Source: a virus (Duplodnaviria > Caudoviricetes). Taken from it: a stretch of 64,000 nt of DNA. The translations under genes and the position numbers were made by a program. The notes beneath the pieces were generated by a model that was given only the letters and a program-made list of their open reading frames with translations, was not told the origin of the DNA and did not search any database. Every line of letters starts with the position of its first letter. Position 1 is the first letter of the stretch. Shown here piece by piece: positions 1 through 11,115 of this stretch. The stretch lies in the IMG/VR virus record IMGVR_UViG_3300025723_000013. One strand, 5' to 3'.

Positions 1-2
1 AT

Positions 3-3000
3 AGCATATTGAATTCCTATCCTTGGAAGGGATGGGCAAGTAATTACACTTTAAGCGTTGATAGTATTATTGTTGAAAATCCAGGAAGTGGATATACTTC
101 TGTACCAACTGTTCAAATTATTCCTGCAATGGGTGATACCGGCGCTGGAGCAACTGCAGAAGCATCTATTTCTTTAGGAAAAGTGGTAGGTATAACTGTA
201 ACCAATGGCGGAAGCGGGTATACCTCTACGCCTACAGTTTTAGTCGTAGGAGGCGGCTCAACTAATTTAACTTTGGCTTCTGCATATCCTGTAATGATTA
301 ATAAAAAAGTAAGGAATGTTACCACAGAAATTAAATTTGATCGTGTTTCAGGAATTTCTGAAATCAGCACTTCTTCAGTGACTGATGTATTTTACTGTGA
401 TGGAAACACATTGAAATTTCCTTTATCCTGGGCTGCTGAAAACAAAAAATCTAATATATCAATTAATGTTAATGGGCTTAGAGTATTGGCCACTGAATAT
501 AATATAGTTACTTACAAACAATTAACTAACGGATATCAAAAGCTGTATTCAACCTTGATTTTAAATGTTGCTCCTCCTAACGCACATATATTAACAATAA
601 CTTATAATAAAAATGTTGATTTGTATTACGCTGCTGACAGAATATCAGCATTTTATAGTCCTACTCCTGGAATGCCGGCAAATAATATTGCACTACTAAT
701 GTCAGGAGTTGAATTTCCAGGAACGCAAATACAAGGTCTACCATTTTCTTATACAACAAACTGGGATGAAGCGCCGTTTGGTCAAACATTATATGGTGAT
801 GATTCCGATTATTATATCACTAGCGGAGTTGCTGTAACTGCTTCTTCAGGAACATATCAATTGCAGGTAAACAGTATTGCTGGAATAACGCCGGGACTAT
901 ATGTCAACACAGTTGCATTGACCACTTCAACGTTAAATGACAATAAATTTGGAATCAATAATGTCACTGTGATATCTGTCAATACAGCCGCATCAATAGT
1001 GACTTTTAGCACCTCCACTATTGAAACAATTATTGCCGGAACCGTAATGTTAGAATTCTGGGATTTTAACAAAACTTCAGGAATACTTGACACCGTTTTA
1101 GATGGCGGAGATCTAGGTTATACAACTGCTACCGGTACTGGGACTGCTGATATAATAGTTGACGCAGATAAATTTATCTCTGCTAATGTAAGCAACAGTC
1201 CTGAAGAACTAATCAATGGCAGTGTAAGTGACACATTGGGAATCAGTATTTTTACTAGAGATAATCCTGGAGTACCGTTAGTTACACAAACCTTCGATCA
1301 AATTAATCAGATAACGTCTACTTCTATTTTTAATTTGATAACACTTCCTCCCAATACTTCTTCGGTACTTGTTTCGTTTAATAATCGAGTATTAAACTAC
1401 GGCAATGATTACACTATTAATTTTAATAATCAAACATTAATTATTAATACACAAACCACCACCGGGTTGGTAGGTATTACTGCAATAAGTGCAGGAGGAA
1501 ATGGATATATTAATTTTAATTACATAGAGGCATCTAACACCAACACAATTAGTCTCAGTATTGGAATACCCAGCGAAATTGGCAGTTTATATGTTAGCCT
1601 AAACGGCGTGACATTAACTTCTTCGCAATATAGCTTAAATTCTCAAGGAGAGATAGTTGTAACAGGCCTGGATCCTGCGTCAGTTAATGTATTGCAGGCC
1701 TATGCGTTCTTGGGATCCTCATACAGTGTGGTGCATCAACAAACACATATTTTTAACGGTAGAGATACTGCGTTTGCAGTTTTGGCCTATCCAGGAAATA
1801 CATGGTCTCCAAATTCTCAGGCTATCGTGGAATATAATAACAGTATAATTCTAACTCCTCCTAATACTGTATACTATTCAATTAACAGTAATCAAACAAT
1901 ATTTTTAATTGACCCAAATAACAATTATCCTTCAGGCGCTTTTAGCTTAGGATCGCTCGAGGTATATGTAAATGGAGTTCAACTTAGAAACGGAATAGAT
2001 TTTATATTGAATCAAAGCGCCGATAGTATTCAGTTTAATAATGGATTTTTGCATACCGGTGATGTAATGGCCATCACTAACTATTCGTTTAGTGATTATT
2101 ATTTCAAATATGGAGGAATTGACATTACCAATCCTGCATATCACGGATATGGTAGTCAAATTAAAGTTGTTACATTTACAGATGCCACAGGATCATTGAT
2201 TAGAACAGAGGTATTTAAGAGCCATTCTTCTAGGCAATATAAAATAAGCAGAATCGCACTTAATCAAAATTATCTTTGGGTAACTATCGGCGGCTATCCT
2301 TTGATAAATGGGGTAGATTTTTATGTGGGTACTGATAATCAAACGATTATTATTAGAGATACATATCCGTTTGATGGTTCTCAAATGGTTTCTATAATGA
2401 GTATGGCCAATGTCACAGACACAGTGTCTTTAGGATATAGAGTTTTTACTGATCTACTGAATAAAACGCAATACAAGAGATTGAGTCAAAATAACACAAC
2501 GCAATTGGCACAAGATTTACAAATTACAGCAACTAATATTGTTGTACAGAATATATCTGGTTTAACTCCGCCAAATCCTGCACTAAGAACCAGTGGACTG
2601 ATATTAATTGAGGGAGAATTAATACAGTTTAATGGAATTTCTGGCAATACATTAACTGGAATCACTAGAGGAAGTTTTGGAACAGGATCTAAATCTATAT
2701 ACTATGCTGGAACTACTGTTTTAGATCAAGGATATAGGCAAAATCTTCCATATTCAGAATCCATTGTTCGCCAAGTGCTAACAGCTACAAATACCACATC
2801 TTACAGTATAAATGGGATATTGTTAACTACCGCTACTTCTATTAATCAGGTATCCATTTATTATGGAGGACAGTTGTTAAACAAGCAAGGGTATTATCAA
2901 CAAGATGCATCAGTTTGTTATGACGCTATTACTTCAAACATTATCGGTACAGTATCTACTTCAACCCTTCTTCCAGCTACCACTGTGCTAGGAACAGCTT

Positions 3001-3335
3001 ATCTAGTTTCGGGATCAAATCAAGTTTGGACCTATACTGCATCTAAACTTGCATCAGCTACGACCACAAATGGATATGTTTATAGCGGACTTATGTACGT
3101 TAATCCGCAATTTACAATCACAAATGTTATATCAAATGGAACAATCAGTACCGCGACTTTGATATTGAATCTTCCATCAATAACTCCAGGAATTTCAATA
3201 TCTGTTGTACAACGAACGGCAATTAATAATTTTTATGCCTCAACTACTACCTCATTACTAAATGATACCGGAATCGTAGCTAAAATTTTACAACTAAGTC
3301 CGGCCTTGTTGCCTGATAAATATTACTATGAATAA
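3..3335 (+). CDS. Large virion structural protein (baseplate wedge/tail-associated), 5'-truncated by the window edge
   Basis: Frame is open from position 3 (track start at 9 is an internal TTG). Ser/Thr/Asn/Gly-rich beta-type sequence with '[14 protein letters not shown]' and '[12 protein letters not shown]' repeats. Heads an operon of tail-fibre-like genes. Confidence 0.7.
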   Translation, partial: SILNSYPWKGWASNYTLSVDSIIVENPGSGYTSVPTVQIIPAMGDTGAGATAEASISLGKVVGITVTNGGSGYTSTPTVLVVGGGSTNLTLASAYPVMINKKVRNVTTEIKFDRVSGISEISTSSVTDVFYCDGNTLKFPLSWAAENKKSNISINVNGLRVLATEYNIVTYKQLTNGYQKLYSTLILNVAPPNAHILTITYNKNVDLYYAADRISAFYSPTPGMPANNIALLMSGVEFPGTQIQGLPFSYTTNWDEAPFGQTLYGDDSDYYITSGVAVTASSGTYQLQVNSIAGITPGLYVNTVALTTSTLNDNKFGINNVTVISVNTAASIVTFSTSTIETIIAGTVMLEFWDFNKTSGILDTVLDGGDLGYTTATGTGTADIIVDADKFISANVSNSPEELINGSVSDTLGISIFTRDNPGVPLVTQTFDQINQITSTSIFNLITLPPNTSSVLVSFNNRVLNYGNDYTINFNNQTLIINTQTTTGLVGITAISAGGNGYINFNYIEASNTNTISLSIGIPSEIGSLYVSLNGVTLTSSQYSLNSQGEIVVTGLDPASVNVLQAYAFLGSSYSVVHQQTHIFNGRDTAFAVLAYPGNTWSPNSQAIVEYNNSIILTPPNTVYYSINSNQTIFLIDPNNNYPSGAFSLGSLEVYVNGVQLRNGIDFILNQSADSIQFNNGFLHTGDVMAITNYSFSDYYFKYGGIDITNPAYHGYGSQIKVVTFTDATGSLIRTEVFKSHSSRQYKISRIALNQNYLWVTIGGYPLINGVDFYVGTDNQTIIIRDTYPFDGSQMVSIMSMANVTDTVSLGYRVFTDLLNKTQYKRLSQNNTTQLAQDLQITATNIVVQNISGLTPPNPALRTSGLILIEGELIQFNGISGNTLTGITRGSFGTGSKSIYYAGTTVLDQGYRQNLPYSESIVRQVLTATNTTSYSINGILLTTATSINQVSIYYGGQLLNKQGYYQQDASVCYDAITSNIIGTVSTSTLLPATTVLGTAYLVSGSNQVWTYTASKLASATTTNGYVYSGLMYVNPQFTITNVISNGTISTATLILNLPSITPGISISVVQRTAINNFYASTTTSLLNDTGIVAKILQLSPALLPDKYYYE

Positions 3336-3996
3336 TAATGAGAAAAATAAAATGACGGAAAACATGCAAAAAAATCCTAAAACTGCTGACAAACCTAATG
3401 AATTGGGGTCAATCAGAGTGCAAGGACACATTAAAATCTTTGATCCAGAAACCAAAGAAATATACGTAGATAAAAGAAACGCTATCAACTACGAAAATTT
3501 CTCAATAGCTTTGGCCAACGGCGTTGCGAATTTGAATCAAAGTTTTATCTCGGAAATGGCTTTTGGTAATGGAGGATCACGTATTGATCCTACTGGAATT
3601 ATTACCTATTTAACTCCAAACACAGTTGGATCTAATGCGGCACTTTATAATCAAACTTATTTCAAGGTAATTGATGCCAGTAACCCATTTGATATAGATC
3701 CGGCAAGAAATTTTATGGAAGTAAGACATACTCCCGGAACCTATTATTCTGATGTAATTGTAAGTTGTCTTTTAGATTTTGGAGAACCAAACGGTCAGTC
3801 AGCGTTTGACACAGCAGCCAATCAAAGTAGTCCTTATGTTTTTGACGAATTAGGACTTAGGGGTTACGGACCAAATGGGCAAAATACCGGTCCTTTATTA
3901 ACGCATGTAATTTTCCATCCAGTGCAAAAAGCATTAAACAGATTGATACAAATAGATTATACTGTCAGAATACAAAGTCTGACTAGCGGAAGTTAA
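3328..3996 (+). CDS. Conserved-type phage structural protein (tail/baseplate region), function unknown
   Basis: 222-aa ORF overlapping the upstream stop by 8 nt; TAAATA at 3317-3322; in the structural operon. Confidence 0.6.
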   Translation: MNNNEKNKMTENMQKNPKTADKPNELGSIRVQGHIKIFDPETKEIYVDKRNAINYENFSIALANGVANLNQSFISEMAFGNGGSRIDPTGIITYLTPNTVGSNAALYNQTYFKVIDASNPFDIDPARNFMEVRHTPGTYYSDVIVSCLLDFGEPNGQSAFDTAANQSSPYVFDELGLRGYGPNGQNTGPLLTHVIFHPVQKALNRLIQIDYTVRIQSLTSGS

Positions 3997-3998
3997 TT

Positions 3999-4775
3999 AT
4001 GCCATACGTTGTGAACAGATCAACATCCACTAATCCCCCAATCATCATTCCTGATGGAACTGCCAATGTTGCCGACACTAGTTTAACTTTGGTAGGTAGA
4101 AATTATCCAAATTATGGGCAGGCTTTTGCTCAAAATTTTGTTTATCTACTTGAAAATTTTGCAAGCCCTAACGCTCCTACAGATGCAATACAAGGACAAC
4201 TGTGGTATGATTCTGCACATGCAAAGTTAAGATATTTTGACGGATTGCTGTGGAATCCGGTTAATGTTGCTTATGTAACTACGTCAGCTGGGCGCGATGC
4301 ATCAATACCTAACCCTCAGTATGGCGATCTTGCTGTGCTATATGATACTGCTCAAATACAAGTTTTTACCAATTCCGGACCATACGGTAGTTGGCAGTCG
4401 CCGTCAACTGCTTTAAATGCCGGATCAATTACTTCGTTAAATCCTGAAAATGTTACCACTCAATTATCGGGTTTAATTCCTGTTGTAGATTTTGGTGGTC
4501 AAATTTTTAATACAACAAAATTAAATTTTTTAGGTGATGTTTATCCATCGCTGGTACAAACCGGTATGATAGTATTATGGCCAATGGCTATAAGTACGGT
4601 GCCGTCGGGATGGTTGCCTTGCAATGGATTATCATATCCATTTTCAAGTTACCTAAATTTGTACAATGTCATAGGAACAACGTATGGAAATCCGTATCCT
4701 AATTATTTCTCCGTTCCTAATTTAATCGGACCAACAACTGGTACCAACACTTTACTTTACATAATCAAGACCTAA
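3999..4775 (+). CDS. Tail-fibre-like protein with C-terminal phage tail collar domain
   Basis: Shared N-terminal module (TSLTLVGRNY..YGQ..NFVYLLENFA..GQLWYD). C-terminal 'TGMIVLWP..VPSGWLPCNG..Y.NLYNVIGTTYG..FSVPNL' is the tail collar pattern. Confidence 0.75.
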   Translation: MPYVVNRSTSTNPPIIIPDGTANVADTSLTLVGRNYPNYGQAFAQNFVYLLENFASPNAPTDAIQGQLWYDSAHAKLRYFDGLLWNPVNVAYVTTSAGRDASIPNPQYGDLAVLYDTAQIQVFTNSGPYGSWQSPSTALNAGSITSLNPENVTTQLSGLIPVVDFGGQIFNTTKLNFLGDVYPSLVQTGMIVLWPMAISTVPSGWLPCNGLSYPFSSYLNLYNVIGTTYGNPYPNYFSVPNLIGPTTGTNTLLYIIKT

Positions 4776-4779
4776 CACT

Positions 4780-6705
4780 ATGTCATATACAATAATTAAT
4801 TCAGATGGTACAGTTTTATTAACACTTGCTGATGGAACAATAGATCAGAACGCTACAAGTTTAACGTTGATTGGAAAAAATGTTAATTCTTATGGACAGT
4901 ATTACAATGATAATCTTGTGGCCATGCTTGAAAATTTTGCTACCAATGGAATACAACCTAGAAGTCCTTTAGTTGGTCAGCTGTGGTATAATAAGAGTAA
5001 TGGTCGACTCTATGCCTATACTCCTTTTAATACATTTAATCCGGTTGGCATCCCTGCTGTTTCCCCTAGTCAGCCTGTGGCTCCTAGTATTGGGGATTTT
5101 TGGATTGATAGCATAAACAAACAATTGTATTTTACAACAGATGGCTTAAATTTTACCTTGGCCGGACCACCTAATTCAATTAATTCAGCAACCATTAGGA
5201 ATGGATGGTATGTTGATTCAATTATAGACAATGCCAGTAATTCTAGGTTAGTGGCCAGTTTATACAACAATAACAGTTTATTAGCAGTAGCATCATCTGC
5301 AACATTTACCTTTGGCACAAATTTTAATGGGATGAATTCTACCAATGTGGGCATAACATTAAATCCCGCCATTCAAGGCAATATGTTTAATGGTATGGCT
5401 AGCAGTGCGCTTACTGCTAATACCGTGAACACAGTGAGTCAAAGTTATGTATTGCTGTCATCAAACAGTATAAATCAAACTATAACCGGCCCACTGACTC
5501 TTCAAGGACGACTGCAGGCTTTAGATTCTAACGGAATTAGTGCAGGAACCAGCGGCGAAATTTCGATCACTACGCTGCCAAATGGATATGCCTATCTAAG
5601 CAGCAACGCACAAGATAATCTATTATATGTTAGAGTCACTAGCAGTTTAGTAGGCGGATATATTAATGCCATGGTCGTTAATCCCAACGATAACTCTGCA
5701 AATACTGCCACAATTACATTTTTTCCAGGATCAAATAGTTCGCAAGTGACATTTGCAGGAAATGCAGTAGTTTCTGCAAATCTAACAGTAAATGGGACCT
5801 TGACCAATCTTAATTCCACAAATGTCAACATAAAAAGTAAAATACTATCGCTGGCCACAGGTCAATCGGTTCCTAGTGATAATTTTGCCAATGGTGGAGG
5901 AATTACGCTAGTTGGATCAACCAACCATACTATATCCTGGACCACTTCTTCCGGAAAAGCCTGGCAAGTGTCAGATAATTTTAATTTGATATCGTCAACC
6001 GGAACTTATCTAGTAGGCGGAAATCCGGTATTAACATCTTCAACATTAGCATCGGGGGTTTCTTCCGCTCCTGGGTTAACAAGTTTAGGAACACTAAAAT
6101 ATCTTACTGTAACAAATATAACCATTACCTCTAGCACCATCTCAACAACTTCGTCCGGTGCGGCGGCAAATTTGTATCTAAGTCCTGTAAATGGCGGAAC
6201 GGTTGATGTTTTAGGTAATAAAATAACTACCTTATCGACTTGTACCAATCCGTCTGATGCTGCCAATAAGTACTACGTTGATAATATTTTTGCCAAGGTA
6301 GGAGCCAGAGGATATGCATTTAGCATGGATATCACTGCCATGTCCAATCCGCCAAGAAATATCATAGGATATCTAAATGCTGTGTTGCCTATAACCAATA
6401 GTGATTCAACCTATAATTTAACCACAGGAACTTTTGCCAATGTCCTGTGTTCAACTAGTACTGCATATATTCCTAGTCAACCTATAACGGTAAATCAAAC
6501 CGGGGCAGTTACAGTGTTTGATACTAACGGAGTACAACAATCTGTATTAACTGGGGTAGGAGCAACTCTTCCTGCCATTAGTTCAACACAACAAAATCCA
6601 ATTATTACCATAGCATATAGTGTTTTAAAATTCCAAATTCTTGCAGGCCCGTCAGGATTGGCATGGACCTATCAGGGAGTAGTACCTGTAGTGCCAACAA
6701 ATTAA
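4780..6705 (+). CDS. Tail-fibre-like protein, paralog 2
   Basis: Same N-terminal module (TSLTLIGKN..SYGQ..NLVAMLENFA..GQLWYN); Ser/Thr/Asn-rich body. Confidence 0.7.
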   Translation: MSYTIINSDGTVLLTLADGTIDQNATSLTLIGKNVNSYGQYYNDNLVAMLENFATNGIQPRSPLVGQLWYNKSNGRLYAYTPFNTFNPVGIPAVSPSQPVAPSIGDFWIDSINKQLYFTTDGLNFTLAGPPNSINSATIRNGWYVDSIIDNASNSRLVASLYNNNSLLAVASSATFTFGTNFNGMNSTNVGITLNPAIQGNMFNGMASSALTANTVNTVSQSYVLLSSNSINQTITGPLTLQGRLQALDSNGISAGTSGEISITTLPNGYAYLSSNAQDNLLYVRVTSSLVGGYINAMVVNPNDNSANTATITFFPGSNSSQVTFAGNAVVSANLTVNGTLTNLNSTNVNIKSKILSLATGQSVPSDNFANGGGITLVGSTNHTISWTTSSGKAWQVSDNFNLISSTGTYLVGGNPVLTSSTLASGVSSAPGLTSLGTLKYLTVTNITITSSTISTTSSGAAANLYLSPVNGGTVDVLGNKITTLSTCTNPSDAANKYYVDNIFAKVGARGYAFSMDITAMSNPPRNIIGYLNAVLPITNSDSTYNLTTGTFANVLCSTSTAYIPSQPITVNQTGAVTVFDTNGVQQSVLTGVGATLPAISSTQQNPIITIAYSVLKFQILAGPSGLAWTYQGVVPVVPTN

Positions 6706-6723
6706 TATTAAAAGGAATTCAAC

Positions 6724-8136
6724 ATGCCATATACAATTACTTTAACCGACGGAGCGACACTTACAACAATTCCTGACGGACATTATGATAACACTACAAG
6801 TTTGACTCTTCCTGGAAAAAATCTTTCAGGGTATGGGCAAATACAAAATGAAAATTTTATATATTTGCTAGAAAATTTTGCAAATACCTCTGCACCGGCG
6901 GGTCAATTACTAACTGGACAACTTTGGTTTAATAAAACTACCAATTCCTTAAACGTATACAATAACAGCAACTGGCAGCCGTTGTCGGTGATATCGACCA
7001 ATCAATCTGTTGCTTCAAACTTTGGAAATTTTTGGTATGATACTGTAAATAATCAATTGTCAATCAATACAGGATCTGGTTTTACCGTAATTGGGCCGGA
7101 ACAAGTTCCTGGCTACGGAACAACACGATTGATTTCAACACAATTAACCGATATCAATAATAATAATTATGCTGTTATTGAATGTTTGGTTAATAATGTT
7201 GTTGTTGCCATTATTAGTCAACGCGCATTTACACTTAGTAATGCAGTTAATCCTATCGCAGGTTTCGCCAATATCTCAAATGGCATCACCTTATCGGCTA
7301 CTTCCATACTATCAGGATTGAGTTCGTCGGCTACCAATGCGTCTTTACTATTAAGTTCGGATCAAACTCAATACATTCCTGCATCAACTATAGCATATAG
7401 TAATACTATTGTACAAAGAGATACGCAAGGTAATATTTCAATAAATGGATTGGCTACAAACGCTACCAACGGCATTATATATGGATCCTGGCAGGCTGAT
7501 ACCGGAATATCTCCCACTGTAAATGGAGGATCTAATTTAGGATCATCTTCTTTACAATGGGGATCCGTTTACGCTCAAGCCGTTAATTCTACAGTTGTTA
7601 CTGCTGGAACAGTCAATGTAGGTACTGTTAATTTTTCAGCGTTGATTGATCAATTTTCTACTCTTGTGAATAAATTTGATAAAGATAAAACTCTTTCGGC
7701 AAATTCTGATGTAAATGTTCCTACACAAAAAGCAGTAAAAAATTATGTTGACACTCAAATCAGCCAGGTCAGCTTGCAACAAGGACCTACTGGATATACT
7801 GGATCAGTTGGTCAACCCGGAAATACTGGATATACACAAAGTTTATCTCCAAATGGATACACTAAACTTCCTAATGGTATGATTATGCAATGGGGCACCG
7901 CCAATAATTTATCCAATCCTATATTAGGAAATAGCAATTATGGTCCTTTTACTTTTTATACTCCGTTTACTACAGCTTGTGTTCATGTAGGCGTAAGTTT
8001 GCTGTTGAGCAATGGAAAACCTGCACAAATCGCAGCCAGTGCATCTGCTTTTGGTACAAATCAATTTTATGTTGCTACAGGAACAGGCAGTGGAGCAAAT
8101 GCAAATGGGTATACCTACTTTGCAATTGGATACTAA
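6724..8136 (+). CDS. Tail-fibre-like protein, paralog 3
   Basis: Same N-terminal module; short GYTGS collagen-like linker; C-terminal 'GYTKLPNGMIMQWG' motif typical of tail fibre C-terminal domains; SD AAGGA upstream. Confidence 0.72.
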   Translation: MPYTITLTDGATLTTIPDGHYDNTTSLTLPGKNLSGYGQIQNENFIYLLENFANTSAPAGQLLTGQLWFNKTTNSLNVYNNSNWQPLSVISTNQSVASNFGNFWYDTVNNQLSINTGSGFTVIGPEQVPGYGTTRLISTQLTDINNNNYAVIECLVNNVVVAIISQRAFTLSNAVNPIAGFANISNGITLSATSILSGLSSSATNASLLLSSDQTQYIPASTIAYSNTIVQRDTQGNISINGLATNATNGIIYGSWQADTGISPTVNGGSNLGSSSLQWGSVYAQAVNSTVVTAGTVNVGTVNFSALIDQFSTLVNKFDKDKTLSANSDVNVPTQKAVKNYVDTQISQVSLQQGPTGYTGSVGQPGNTGYTQSLSPNGYTKLPNGMIMQWGTANNLSNPILGNSNYGPFTFYTPFTTACVHVGVSLLLSNGKPAQIAASASAFGTNQFYVATGTGSGANANGYTYFAIGY

Positions 8137-8154
8137 AAGGAGTAAATATAGCTA

Positions 8155-9675
8155 ATGCCTTATATATTAAAAAATTCAAACGGAACTACGTTGACTACGG
8201 TTGCTGATGGATCAGTAAACAATAGTACCTCATTGACGTTTGTGGGCAGAAATTATGCAGGATATGGTCAAATTTTAGATCAAAATCTTCTATACCTATT
8301 ACAAAATTTTTCAAATAATACCAGCCCTAATAATCCCATACAAGGTCAGTTATGGTTTAATTCGTCTGCTGCTAATGAAAATCTAAATGTTTACGATGGC
8401 AGCAAATTTAGACAAATTCCAATAATTGATTTGCAACCGGGTACAAATGCCATTGGCAATTTTTATTTCAATACTGCTACCAATACCTTAAATATTATAG
8501 ATCCAGGCGGTTTGTCTCAGACTATTCAATATGCGGCTTCAAGCGGAAATATTGGATCGGCAGTAGTCACAATATCAGATAGCGCAAATACAGTTCATTC
8601 GGTTTTAGCAACACAATTTAATGGATTAATTGTGTCTGTACAATCCGCTAATTCATTTTTAGTTAACACCTCTGATCCTTTATATGCGGCTTTTCCTTAC
8701 GTTACTTCTGGAATTACCTTAGCAAACGCACCCTTGGCTTCTAATTTAGGAATTATGATTCCTTATTCAGGAAATCTCATTTGGGGATCAGCATCAAATT
8801 CAATTACTGCTAATAAATTGCAAGTTACCTCAAACGGCGCGATATCATATCTATCAGCATCAGTAAACACATCAACCAACAGTATTGCAGCCAGAGACAG
8901 TAGTGGTAATTTATATGCTAACACATTCGTTGGAAATTTAATAGGAACAGTAATAAATGGTCAAGGCGGTGTAGCTGCCAATTCCGTACAAAACGGAGTA
9001 AATTCAATGATCTTTAATTGGGTGGGTGGAACTAATGGCAGCCCATCATACATATGGGGATCAAATACCAGCACATCTGCATATGCCTGGCCGGCTGGTA
9101 ATACCACAGTTGGTTTTGCAAATACAGCTTCGTATGCACTTTCAGTCAATCAAAATGCAAGTAACAGTTGGGCTGCTCCGCAGATATTTTACAACTCTGC
9201 AAATTTTATATCAGCAGTAACTTTTCAAAATTCTTCAAATGTTGCATTTACAGGGCAAACAATTTTTAGCAATCAAACACAGTTTGCTCCAAGTAAATTT
9301 ACGCTTATCAACGATGGAGCTGCCACGAATCCCACATACTACGGAATAGGATTTAAAGAAATTCCTCAGAATGTAAAATTAAATAATTATTCAACTGTGT
9401 CAAGCGATTCTGGAAAACATCTTCTTTTCTCCGCAAACATCGCAGCGACATTTACTATAGACGATGCAACAGTGAATTATAATTTTGGCACAGTGATTAC
9501 ATTTGTTAATATGGGTACCGCTAATCTTACCATTGTGTTAAATGGTACCGGATCTGCTCTTTATCTAACCGGTGCAGGCACGCCAGGATCAAGAACTCTT
9601 GCGCCATATGGTGTAGCTACCGCTATGAAAATTGGCACACTTCAATGGATCATGTCTGGATCAGGATTGAGTTAA
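8155..9675 (+). CDS. Tail-fibre-like protein, paralog 4
   Basis: Same N-terminal module; C-terminus 'GSRTLAPYGVAT..W..SGSGLS' resembles the C-terminus of 60732-61772; SD AGGAG at 8138-8142. Confidence 0.72.
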   Translation: MPYILKNSNGTTLTTVADGSVNNSTSLTFVGRNYAGYGQILDQNLLYLLQNFSNNTSPNNPIQGQLWFNSSAANENLNVYDGSKFRQIPIIDLQPGTNAIGNFYFNTATNTLNIIDPGGLSQTIQYAASSGNIGSAVVTISDSANTVHSVLATQFNGLIVSVQSANSFLVNTSDPLYAAFPYVTSGITLANAPLASNLGIMIPYSGNLIWGSASNSITANKLQVTSNGAISYLSASVNTSTNSIAARDSSGNLYANTFVGNLIGTVINGQGGVAANSVQNGVNSMIFNWVGGTNGSPSYIWGSNTSTSAYAWPAGNTTVGFANTASYALSVNQNASNSWAAPQIFYNSANFISAVTFQNSSNVAFTGQTIFSNQTQFAPSKFTLINDGAATNPTYYGIGFKEIPQNVKLNNYSTVSSDSGKHLLFSANIAATFTIDDATVNYNFGTVITFVNMGTANLTIVLNGTGSALYLTGAGTPGSRTLAPYGVATAMKIGTLQWIMSGSGLS

Positions 9676-10106
9676 TGGCCGGAATCTTAAATGCAGGATT
9701 TTTTGGATCTTTTAATCCCATAAAATTAAATAATCATACTTTAAGTAATCGACTAAGTGTTGGCTATTCTCTACTCAATACCGGACAGGCGGTAGGACTC
9801 ATCGGTGCTCAAGGAGGTCAAACATCACAATTTTATCCAGGAGAATGGTTAGTGGCAGGAAATGCTGCAAATTATGATGTCTATGCCACGTTCTCGTTAA
9901 ATCCTCCAACTAGCGGAATAACAAATACATGGCTAAATTTAGGCACTTCACAAACGTGGACCAATTACGGCAGTGGAATCGGCGGTGAAGTTATCTGCGT
10001 GCTGTCGATCAAAATCGCGGCTACCAATAATCATTCAAAAATTTTATCTACTGCAACCATAACATTAGACAACCTTGGTGTAGGAGCCGGCAATATATTC
10101 CGTTAA
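9675..10106 (+). CDS. Small putative tail-tip/adhesin partner protein (143 aa)
   Basis: ATG at 9675 overlaps the TAA of the upstream fibre gene (TAATG), a better start than the track's 9645; begins MAGILNAGFFGS. Confidence 0.55.
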   Translation: MAGILNAGFFGSFNPIKLNNHTLSNRLSVGYSLLNTGQAVGLIGAQGGQTSQFYPGEWLVAGNAANYDVYATFSLNPPTSGITNTWLNLGTSQTWTNYGSGIGGEVICVLSIKIAATNNHSKILSTATITLDNLGVGAGNIFR

Positions 10107-10975
10107 ACTGACATTGGGGCTGGAATGATTTCGTAGCAATTATATCCAATTAGTTCAATATCCAACATTGTAAAATCTGTTATTACATCGATATCTTGAT
10201 TAAGTTGAATCCGAGGCAAGTCAAACGGTTTACGACCTAGCTGTTCTTTCACTTGTGCCACATGATTGTTGTAGATATGGGCATCACCCAATGTCAATAT
10301 CAATTCACCTACTTCTAGATTACAAACCTGTGCAATCATGTGTGTAAATAATGCATAACTGGCAATATTGAAAGGCACTCCTAAAAACATATCTGCAGAT
10401 CTTTGGTATGTCTGGCAACTTAGTTTGCCATTATTGACATAAAATTGACTCATCATATGGCAAGGAGGCAAAGCCATGAGATCTAATTCTCCAGGATTCC
10501 AAGCAGTTATAATATGTCTACGGCTGTAAGGATCTTGCTTGATACCATTGATCAATTCAATCAATTGATCATGATTTTGTAAAATAACCTTGTTTACTCG
10601 AACCAGTGGTTTACGCCATTTGCGCCATTGTACGCCATAGATACGCCCCAAATCACCTGCATGGCGTTTCATGCGCTTTTCAACCCAATACTCAGCATTG
10701 GCATTATCTGTCCAGATAGTTTTTTTATCGCTGTATCTATGACCATGTAAAATTTCTTTTAGTCTATTTTCATCTCCGCTGCCCTCAATAAACCAAAGTA
10801 ATTCGCTCACCACTGCCCGCCATGCTAGTTTTTTGGTAGTTATCGCAGGAAATCCTTCGGCAAGATCAAATCTCATTTGTAAACCAAATTTACTAATGGT
10901 ACCTGTTCCGGTTCGATCTGGACGCTGCTCACCATTTTCTAAAACATCACGAAGCGCGGATAGATATTGTTTCAT
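10103..10975 (-). CDS. thyA: Thymidylate synthase
   Basis: Motifs ELLWF, GRIYGVQWR, PPCH (catalytic Cys), YQRSADMFLGVPFNIASY, GDAHIY. Confidence 0.97.
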   Translation of the reverse strand: MKQYLSALRDVLENGEQRPDRTGTGTISKFGLQMRFDLAEGFPAITTKKLAWRAVVSELLWFIEGSGDENRLKEILHGHRYSDKKTIWTDNANAEYWVEKRMKRHAGDLGRIYGVQWRKWRKPLVRVNKVILQNHDQLIELINGIKQDPYSRRHIITAWNPGELDLMALPPCHMMSQFYVNNGKLSCQTYQRSADMFLGVPFNIASYALFTHMIAQVCNLEVGELILTLGDAHIYNNHVAQVKEQLGRKPFDLPRIQLNQDIDVITDFTMLDIELIGYNCYEIIPAPMSV

Positions 10976-11115
10976 TTTTTTAATATTCTTTTATTTTGTA
11001 TTTGTGAGTGGTTTTTCTTGAACCATGATAGATCTTCTTTGAAGGTTGGCCAAGGCATTGAATCATTAAATCCAACACCTTGGCTTTTGTCAACAGCAAC
11101 AATACATGAGATCAT
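10972..11115 (-). pseudogene. folA: Internally deleted dihydrofolate reductase remnant (47-aa minigene), absent from the ORF track
   Basis: Hand translation MISCIVAVDKSQGVGFNDSMPWPTFKEDLSWFKKNHSQIQNKRILKK* matches the DHFR N-terminus (E. coli [35 protein letters not shown]). ATGA overlaps with both neighbours. Confidence 0.85.
11065..11093 (-). promoter_or_regulatory. sigma70-like promoter inside the DHFR remnant, pointing at thyA
   Basis: TTGACA (11093-11088), 17-nt spacer, TTTAAT (11070-11065). Confidence 0.5.

Noticed and set aside
10103-10975. thyA as a dCMP/dUMP hydroxymethylase supplying the acceptor for the glycosyltransferase
   Set aside because: It keeps the canonical dUMP-specific Asn (PFNIASY) and standard ThyA motifs, and is linked to a DHFR remnant.
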